Of a DNA stretch of 64,000 nucleotides, positions 56,199 to 64,000 are shown one piece after another; within the stretch, counting starts at the first letter, position 1; every line of letters starts with the position of its first letter. A program made the position numbers and the translations under genes. This DNA comes from Chrysemys picta bellii (lineage: Eukaryota): positions 54,064,001 to 54,128,000 of the forward strand of contig NC_088795.1 of NCBI RefSeq assembly GCF_011386835.1, read 5' to 3'. The notes beneath the pieces were generated by a model. It saw nothing but the letters and a program-made list of their open reading frames with translations, did no database searches and was not told the origin of the DNA.

Positions 56199-56625
56199 CA
56201 GAGGTGAAAGTAACTTCGGGGCCTTACCAGTACGCAGGGCCGATGCCCTGAGCAGTCAGGGCTGCAGGTCCCTCAGGCGGAAGGGGCAGGGCCTCGGGCG
56301 GAAGGGGCAGGGCCTTTAAATCGCTGCCGCTACCCCAGGGCTCCAGCGGCGATTTAAAGGGCCCAAGGCTCTGGAAGCGGCGGCCAGGAGCCCGGGACCT
56401 TTAAATCACCGCCGGAGCTCCATGGTAGCTGTAGCTGCAGTTGCGGCTGGGAGCCCTGGGACTCTGGTGGTGATTTAAAGGGTCCAGGGCTCCAGTTGCT
56501 GCCGGGAGCCCAGGGCCCTTTTAAATTGCCTGCTTGGGGAAGCTGCCCCCTGCCAGTACAGTTGGCTGTGTACTGGCTGTTGCCAGTACGCTGTACCAGA
56601 CCGTACCAGCTTACTTTCACCTCTG
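56199..56625. mobile_element. hAT (Tip100-like) MITE with internal TTTAAA-centred repeats
   Basis: Perfect 15-bp TIR CAGAGGTGAAAGTAA / TTACTTTCACCTCTG with TSD GCTCTGCT / GCCCTACT (6/8). Confidence 0.9.
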
Positions 56626-57789
56626 GCCCTACTTCTGTGTGCAGAAGTCACATTCAACTGAGTCTACATTTGTGTATACAGCACAGTTTCATTTTCTGTT
56701 TAGATTTTAAACTCTCCTGGTCAAGAATTATGTCCACCTTTGTCTTCTGTATAGCTCTGAACACACTGTCAGTGCTAATCAAATAATGTTTACAATGCCA
56801 CTGCATATATGTCAGACAAATGACTGGTTATGCATCTACTTTGGTATTTGTTTGTTCAGCACCCCTATTTCCACAAGCATTTCTGCATGAGGAAGTGGAT
56901 TTTATTTTCTTGCCTGTGTCAGCGATGCCTCCTCATTGCATCTTTTCTATCTCTTAATAGTTTTATTTGATTGTTGTACTTTATGAAAAACCCACACAAT
57001 TCTATGTAAACATCTTGGCATGAGATGTTGACATTTTAAAGTGAAAGGACAGTTAACTCTTGCAGAAAGTTGAGTCATTTAGTAGCAAGAATCATGCCAG
57101 CTATTTTGACTCGCATACTTCTCTCCCGATATTTCCTCTTGGGAGATTCAGCAAAACACCTTCTAAACCCCACCTCACGCAGAGGTCAGGAAAGAAATTG
57201 ACATGGTCTTCTGCATTTTCAGTCAGAACAAAGAGTTAGGTAATTGCTGAGTTTTCAAAAATCCCACCCTAGATAATCACACTAGGAGACTCACAAGATA
57301 GGCAGTGGCATGCTAACATCAACAATTTGTTTGTATATTATATCCCCTTCACACAGCTTAAGTCATGTCTTTTCAGACTAACCTGATCAGACTTGACTTA
57401 CAATGCTTATACAACCCAAGGCAAAATTCCAAACCTTCTGGAGTTTACCATCAGTAATTATTTCACAAAGCTGTTTTTCTACAATAAGTCAGTAGCATTT
57501 ACTGTGCTTCCCCCCGCACCCCCTTCTAGTAACCTAGAACAATGTCCCCAAACTTATAGAGAAATAAATGCATTACTGGACGACATAATGGGTGCAGGTA
57601 ATGTTGTAGCACTCGGGGTGGGGGGGGAGGGGAGGGGAAGGGAAATGCTTGGTCCAGTTCCCCACCATTTCATGCTCATCTCAGCTGGAGAATTTGGAAA
57701 ATCAGAACATCCTACAAAGTGTGTTTGTATCTAGCTAGCTTGGGGAAGTGTAACCCTATTCAATTACAACTTCTTTCTATTTTCCCCCA

Positions 57790-60045
57790 TATCTGTTCTT
57801 TATGTTTAGTGCAATGCAGGCCTTTGTTAATTGTTGATATTCATTTCGGATAGCCAGGTTGTTGTTGTAACGGAGATTCTAACATGACAGTTAGAAGCCT
57901 GTTGATAGTGTATAAGTTTTTTCCCATATTTTAAAAAGTTCAGGATCAGATGGGGTATAGTTATAAAATGTCGGCTGTAGAACAGCACCTTTTCAGACCC
58001 CCAAAAGCATTGGAATAACACTGCCTCAGCCGAATGCATCAAGAAAGATAGCTAGAATTCATTATGTAAGCAGAATCCCAACAATAAAGTTGTATGTGAG
58101 TTGAAAACATTTTATCTTGAAGCATGCTTCGCGTTGCTATAGCCTTGAGGTTGACAACTTTAGCTGGAATTCCATAGGACTGAAAAAAATATTCCACAAA
58201 GTATGCTGATGCTGTCTGTTGAATTCTTTGAGAAAATATCAATCAAGTTGATAAAGGGAGCCTGCCATTCTATACATTCTTCTGTAATGGTCTGTAGTGT
58301 GAATATCAGATGTACACAGGATGTCATGAGCCTGAATCTGGCCTGTTATTACCTACCCATTGCCTCTTTCACCCTCTGTAGTATTACGCTACAGAAGACT
58401 TTCCATTCAGAGAGGTGTCTCCTCTCCAGTTGTTACAGTCAATAAGTTTCCACTTTGCCACTGGTCATGAAGGGGTCTCTTTTCCCCAGACTTCAATGAA
58501 CAGCTCTGAATTTCATTAGGGTGGTACTGTCAAATACTTTTAGCATGTCTGCTGTGATTTGATCATCTACTACTTTGTGGTTTTTCTTATGTTCTTGATT
58601 GCAGCCTGTACTTCTGATGTCTCTGTCAGACAGATATTGATATCAAGTTGATCAGATTCACATTTCAAACTTTGATGCTGCGGTACAGCACTTGAAGACT
58701 TAGAATAACAGACCGGCAGAGCATTTTAGTTCTACCTCAGCTGTAAGCATCCCCCTCCCTTTACTTTTTATTGGCCCATTTCCAGTTTTGAAGTTTCCAT
58801 GTTATAAATGACTACCATGGCAACAGCTTCACCTACTAGGTCTTCAAACACATCTTCATTTATCGTTCTTTGCATTGCTTTTAATTGCTTTGTCTGCTCT
58901 CTGGTACTCCTTTACATTTTTTCCAGTATTTCATTGGTCTTATCATTGAGGAGTTTCCTTTCATCAATGAAAAGCCACATTTCTTGGCTTAGCCAATTCT
59001 TGCTCGGTCTATGTTGATAGACAGCTGCGACTGCTACAGCTTGAATTCCATTGTATCTGAGCTCTGGCCATTTTTCTGCAGGTCTAGTCAGTGTCTCACC
59101 TTCCTTGGCTTCTGGCCTCAGACTTGTTCTTCATTTCAAGCTGGAATTTCTCACGGTACTTTGATTTTCAGTTCTGTACAGTTGGTTTTTCCCCGCTTTC
59201 CATTTAAAGTGGATCTTTCTCAGTTTTAATTTCAGTTTGGCAATGCAAAGATTGTGTTGCTGCTGACATATGCTGCTCGATATACCCTTGAGTGTTGGGC
59301 CGATTACATGTATTTCGAGCAGATGTTGATGTGATTGATCTAGTTTTTTGTTTTGCCATCTGGTGAATTCCATGTTTCTTTATATGTGTGTTTATGAGGG
59401 GATAGTGTACTTGTAAGAACTAGGTCGAACACCAAGAACAATGCAATGAGTCTTGTCATTTTGATTAATGATGCTCAACCATGCTTCCCCATTAACCTGG
59501 GAATGGAAAGGGTATCACATCCTACTTTAGCATTAAAGTCACCCATCACAAGGAGCAAGTCATGTTTGGGTATTCTATCAATCACATTTTGGAGGGAATT
59601 ATAGAATTTATCTTTAATCCTTGTCACTATGTTCCTCTGCCAGAACATAACACTGTATGATTGACATCTTTAGGAATCTGGTTAGGAATCTGTCATATAT
59701 GATGTGTTGGTAGATCGGTTCCCAGTTGACAAGTGATTTTTCCACAGAATCTCTCAGAAGAAGCAGCACTCTTATGAGTGTATGTGGTCACTATGGCTTG
59801 AAGAGAAGCATTTCTTAGCTAGTCTGCTCTCACCGATGTTCTTAGCCCATAGTTGTCCATCTCCCTCATGATCTGTGAGATTTTTTTGAGGTTTGAAACA
59901 CACAGTTCCCACATTCCAATAACTGACTTTAAAGTGTTTTCTTACTGCCATCAACAAACTTTTTGGGGTCCTCGCTTCCAGAGACTGGCTTTCACCAGGG
60001 AGCCTCTTGCAGCACAAGAGGCCAGCAATATTCTCTACCAATTAG
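57790..60045 (-). mobile_element. Old RTE-clade LINE relic (APE endonuclease plus N-terminal RT)
   Basis: Frameshifted motifs in order: WNVGTV, IPKHDLLLVMGDFNAKVG, TWNSPDG, HNLCIAKLKLKLRK and YGIPAKVVNL. Confidence 0.8.
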
Positions 60046-61321
60046 GCATTTTTACTGGAATGGTAGTTTGGTTCAATTTCTATAACCAATTAGTTAATTT
60101 TTGTAAGTGAGGCTAGGTTAGCCTTGTGCTCAACCCTCCCTCATGTATCTAAGCTTGGGATCAAACAGCCACATCAAAGTCCAGCAGGCAGGGTAACTAG
60201 ATGCCCCAAATACAATCAGGCCCCACTGTGCAAACGGATAAGGCTGAATCTTCAACTGCACCAAGCTCACACTTAAATGTTTATAAGCCATTTTCCCTAC
60301 CATCCCTACCCCAGGGGTTGGCATGGAATATACTGGCCCACAGCCTAAGTTAGAGCATCCACAGGCCTTCCTTAACACAAAATCAGCTGGAAAGGTTCTT
60401 TAGGGACCCTTCTGTGAGCCCCATGACCACCCAAGCACATTGCACTCTGGTCCTACCTCCTCCCACCTCAACATGTTTTACACACACAATTCCTGGATTG
60501 TTAGAAGGCCAGCTTTGCTGCCTTTACATAAACTGCAGGTTACTCTATACCAGGTGAATCCTCAGGTGTCCATTTAGGACTGATTTAAGGCATGGCACAA
60601 AAAGAGACCTTGATAGGAGTGGAAGATTTGTTCCAAAATGTGACAGCAAAATATACAGCCCTGGAGCCTTTAAAATTCCACCTAACATGCACATGGTTCT
60701 CTGCATTGTGGTGAATTCCACTGAGATCCTTTACATAAGATATTCCCCTCCTGCAGAGAGGCAGAGTTTTAGGGCTTCAGGACTGTAGCTTGTGCTAGAT
60801 AGTAATTTGCATAACGTGTTTCTCCAGATATTCTGGATTTTAATCACACCAATCTAGACCTATTTTATATCCTTGAAGATTCACAGAGGGTAGATGAAAG
60901 TGACTGATAGGTACTGAGATGTCAATTTTGATTACACTAAGGAAAAGTGCATATATGACTGACAGTCATTGTCTGCATTGCATATATGACTGACAGTCAT
61001 TGTTATCTGATGTTATAAAATTACCCTCACAATTAGCATTCAAATCAGACTGTATCAACAGGAAAAAAAAATGAACATGGAAGCCAAACGTAGCCTCTCA
61101 GTCTTATAGCTGGCCACTTTGGGTCAAGGATGACTGATGCACACTAAAGGGGACAGTATAGGAAAGATTGCGCTAGTGGTCCCTATGATTGACCCATTCT
61201 GTGAATGAAGAGAAGATTTAGGTCTGTAGATTTTTCCATCTGGAATCTTTCATATGTGTTAAGTTGACCTTTAAAAATTAAAATAAAATAAAAGGAAAAT
61301 GGCTGTGGAAACTGGCAACTA

Positions 61322-61492
61322 CACCTCTACCCCATTATAACGTGACCCGATATAACATGGTAAAGCAGTGCTCCGCCGGGGTGGGGTTGCGCACTCCGGT
61401 GGATCAAAGCAAGTTTGATATAACGCGGTTTCACCTATAACGCAGTAAGATTTTTTGGCGCCCGAGGACAGTGTTATATCGAGGTAGAGGTG
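61322..61492. mobile_element. Tc1/mariner (Tigger-like) MITE
   Basis: TIR CACCTCTACC / GGTAGAGGTG with a TA TSD. Inverted orientation relative to 10881-11070. Confidence 0.88.
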
Positions 61493-63207
61493 TACTATAT
61501 TCCAGGAAGACTGGTCATAATTCATTTCTATTAACAAAACCATGAAATTTTTTCCTAGATTGTAACTAGGTTAAGCTTCATTGTGAATTTTCTTTCATTT
61601 TTCCAAGAGCCAGTATTTGATTTTCAGTTTGTTTTATAGAGGATGTATACCTGCCAGGAACCAAGGAAAACTGACAATAGAAGCAAAACTTCCCCATATT
61701 TCTTTTAGTTTTGGTTTGACTCCCAAACTTAGTAGCTTCCAAATCTCTATGTACAAGCAACATGAAAGTTTCTTCATTAAGTAGAGTTATTCATGAAATT
61801 GCACTAAAGAAATCTAATCAGTATTGGCAGGATAATCAAGTCCTTTTGGCATTTATAAAGCACATCAAGGGCTTGCACAGGTGAATTTTATTCATTGATA
61901 AACAGCAGAAGTGTTTCTATCACCACATTTTTCCTTCCAGACATGATCTTGAAAGTTATACTGTCCAATTCGTTTCCTAGATGCATCACACTGCTTTATC
62001 CTGGGGGAAGAAGTGAGGCACCATTCATACAAGAGAGAGAAATGGGTTTAGTCAAAAGGTCAAATAAAAAGGGAAATGGGGTGAAAAGATTCCCCACTTC
62101 CCAGGTGGAGCTGAATTTAATTATTCCATGCTGCTGCTCATCTCATGTGAGGCAATGAGTTCCATGACAATTCAGTCTCAGGCAAGTGGAGATTCTTCAT
62201 TCAAAATGGAAAACCCCATGCAGGATAAAGAGAAACTGTTTGTGGTTTTTAAAAAGTGAAACCAATGAAGGGGGAACGTACAGCACCATATTTAATGACA
62301 AAGGCATTACTGTTTCCTCAGACTGACAATATACAAAAGTAGGTCAAATGACGTCAGACTGATAGACACTGGAAACTTTTCCCCCTAAATCCTACTGTTT
62401 GTGAATTAACTTACTTCACTGGAAATACTGCCGATGTAAATTTTGTATGCGACTAGCTTATAAATCCACATTCTTTTAAACCTCTGACTAAGATTTTTGT
62501 GAATTGTTATCAGAGGACTTGAAAAGTGACAAGCACATCTCCCAGGTGTTTCGTACTGTGAACCTTATTCCATGGTTTATTTTGTTTCTAGGGAGTTACA
62601 TTATAAAAGATTGTAGATGCCTTGGAGAAGCCAAAGGGTGCACACACTTGCATGTGGGAACTTGCAAAGAAGTGTCCATTTGCAGAGACATGCACACTGC
62701 TAGCCTGTTTCCAAATACCAAAGTTTCAGGAGACCATGGATACATTAATGATCAATCTATACTTCAGGAAAAAACCCACTGATTTGGCACAATTTTTTAA
62801 ATAAAATTACGAACTGGCCAAGCTAACACTACAGATAATTCCATTAAAAAAAATCCCACAAAACAAACCACCCCCAAACAACCAGGAGACGTCTACAGTG
62901 CTGGATTTATATTCTTGTTCATCTAGAGAACACATATTATCCAGCATGGGGAGAGCATTTTGCCCCACTAATGCACCTGATCTTGGAGAAGCACAACTAA
63001 GGGTGAGAGGATAATTCAGCCTCTGTGCACCTTCAGACTTTAGCATATCTGTGGAATCTACCAAAAAGGATGCCAATGTAGAGGCTTTTGTGATGTGGAC
63101 ACTCAGTCCACATTGTTTTTGTATATGCCAAACCACCATCACATGGTATTAAAATGCATGCCAGGTCTGTGCCAATGAAAACTTAAGTATTAGACTAATG
63201 AGTCTAT

Positions 63208-63355
63208 ATTGTACTCTAAATTTAAAAACAGCCTTTTTCAGAGGATTGGATCAGGCAGGATAGGTATACAGTGACTGGTGATAATGAGTAACCGTTATCT
63301 ATACTGCCTGATCCAATCCTCTGAAAAAAAGCTGTTTTTAAATTTAGAATATAAT
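63208..63355. repeat. Foldback inverted repeat (56/57-bp arms, 35-nt spacer)
   Basis: Arm 63208-63263 and the reverse complement of 63299-63355 differ by 4 substitutions and 1 indel. Confidence 0.92.
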
Positions 63356-63700
63356 TTAGCTAACACTAACCCCTATAAACAGGAGAAGAGGAGAGGGGAA
63401 AAACTTTTGTAGTGCGAAATGTATTCTTGAAATGGCTTCTCTGTTTGTTTTGTTCTGTCATTCCTCTTCTCCTGCAGGTCTTCCTCAAGTACTTGGGAGA
63501 GTATTCTCTTCTTACTTCTATACAGGATAAAATCATTAGTCTCTGGGCATTTCATTTACCAGTAAATAGCATTTCTGTAGCCTTGCTGGGGAATTCTTGC
63601 TGCAATAAGCCTGGAGATTGGGGGAAGATGATCATCATATTGTCAGAAAGAGCAAAAGAAAAGTGGCTTTGAAATGGAAAGGTGCGACTGAATTGGAAAA

Positions 63701-64000
63701 GCAGCCGTGTTAGTCTGTATCCGCAAAAAGAAGAACAGGAGTACTTGTGGCACCTTAGAGACTAACAAATTTATTAGAGCATAAGCTTTCGTGGACTACA
63801 GCCCACTTCTTCGGATGCATATAGATATGCAAACTAGACACAATCAACTCCGGTTTGAATAAGGACTGGGAATGGCTGAGCCATTACAAACATTGAATCT
63901 ATCTCCCCTTGTAAGTATTCTCACACTTCTTATCAAACTGTCTGTACTTAATAAATCACTTCAAAAGTTTTTTTTCTCTTAATTAATTGGCCTCTCAGAG
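63701..64000. mobile_element. Penelope-like element: inverted pLTR (63701-63820, minus) joined to a + strand 3' body, running off the window end
   Basis: GCAGCCGTGTTAGTCTGTATCCGC...GTGGCACCTTAGAGACTAAC is the reverse complement of the pLTR at 43950-44072. The following TGCAAACTAGACAC...GAATAAGGACTGGGAATGG matches the element end at ~43650-43720. Confidence 0.9.
63779..63818 (-). ncRNA. Minimal type-I hammerhead ribozyme motif of a Penelope pLTR
   Basis: Minus strand GCAU-CCGAAGA-A-GUGGGC-UGUA-GUCCAC-GAAA-GCUU-AUGC. Helix I is GCAU/AUGC, helix II is a 6-bp hairpin, and helix III is the palindrome AGCU. Confidence 0.7.

Noticed and set aside
25002-64000. Expected syntenic neighbour IL15 (follows ZNF330 in human and chicken, from recall)
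   Set aside because: No exon resembling IL-15 was found in the downstream 39 kb, so it probably lies beyond the window. Isolated donor-like sites (e.g. ~35402, ~41499) lack supporting coding exons.

Overview
Vertebrate genomic DNA, almost certainly from a turtle. This is inferred from the repeat content: turtle-type CR1, Penelope with the GTGGCACCTTAGAGACTAACAA terminus, and hAT, Harbinger and Tc1 MITEs. The only protein-coding gene I can support is a complete + strand ZNF330/NOA36. It has a CpG-island promoter at about 1.3-2.1 kb, a non-coding exon 1 ending at 1639, and nine coding exons from 6292 to 25001 (120+20+71+80+127+105+47+118+266 = 954 nt, 317 aa, all GT-AG introns). The remaining ~39 kb is gene-free and filled with repeats: CR1, L2, RTE, DIRS, Penelope, solo LTRs, MIR/LF-SINE relics and MITEs. 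The most notable structure is in ZNF330 intron 7. It is a 4,315-bp segment (17359-21673) bounded by hAT-Blackjack-type TIRs and a perfect 8-bp TSD (ACACCATC). It encodes no transposase and appears to carry captured genomic cargo (GC-rich exon/intron-like DNA, a minisatellite and old repeat relics), which suggests a Pack-type or composite hAT element. Other items of note are a Penelope minimal hammerhead ribozyme (63779-63818, minus strand), Penelope insertions with 11-13-bp TSDs including ~40-bp micro-insertions, and a 148-bp near-perfect foldback hairpin. Repeat family names come from recalled motifs, not from a database search, and most ORF-track entries are spurious or TE-derived.
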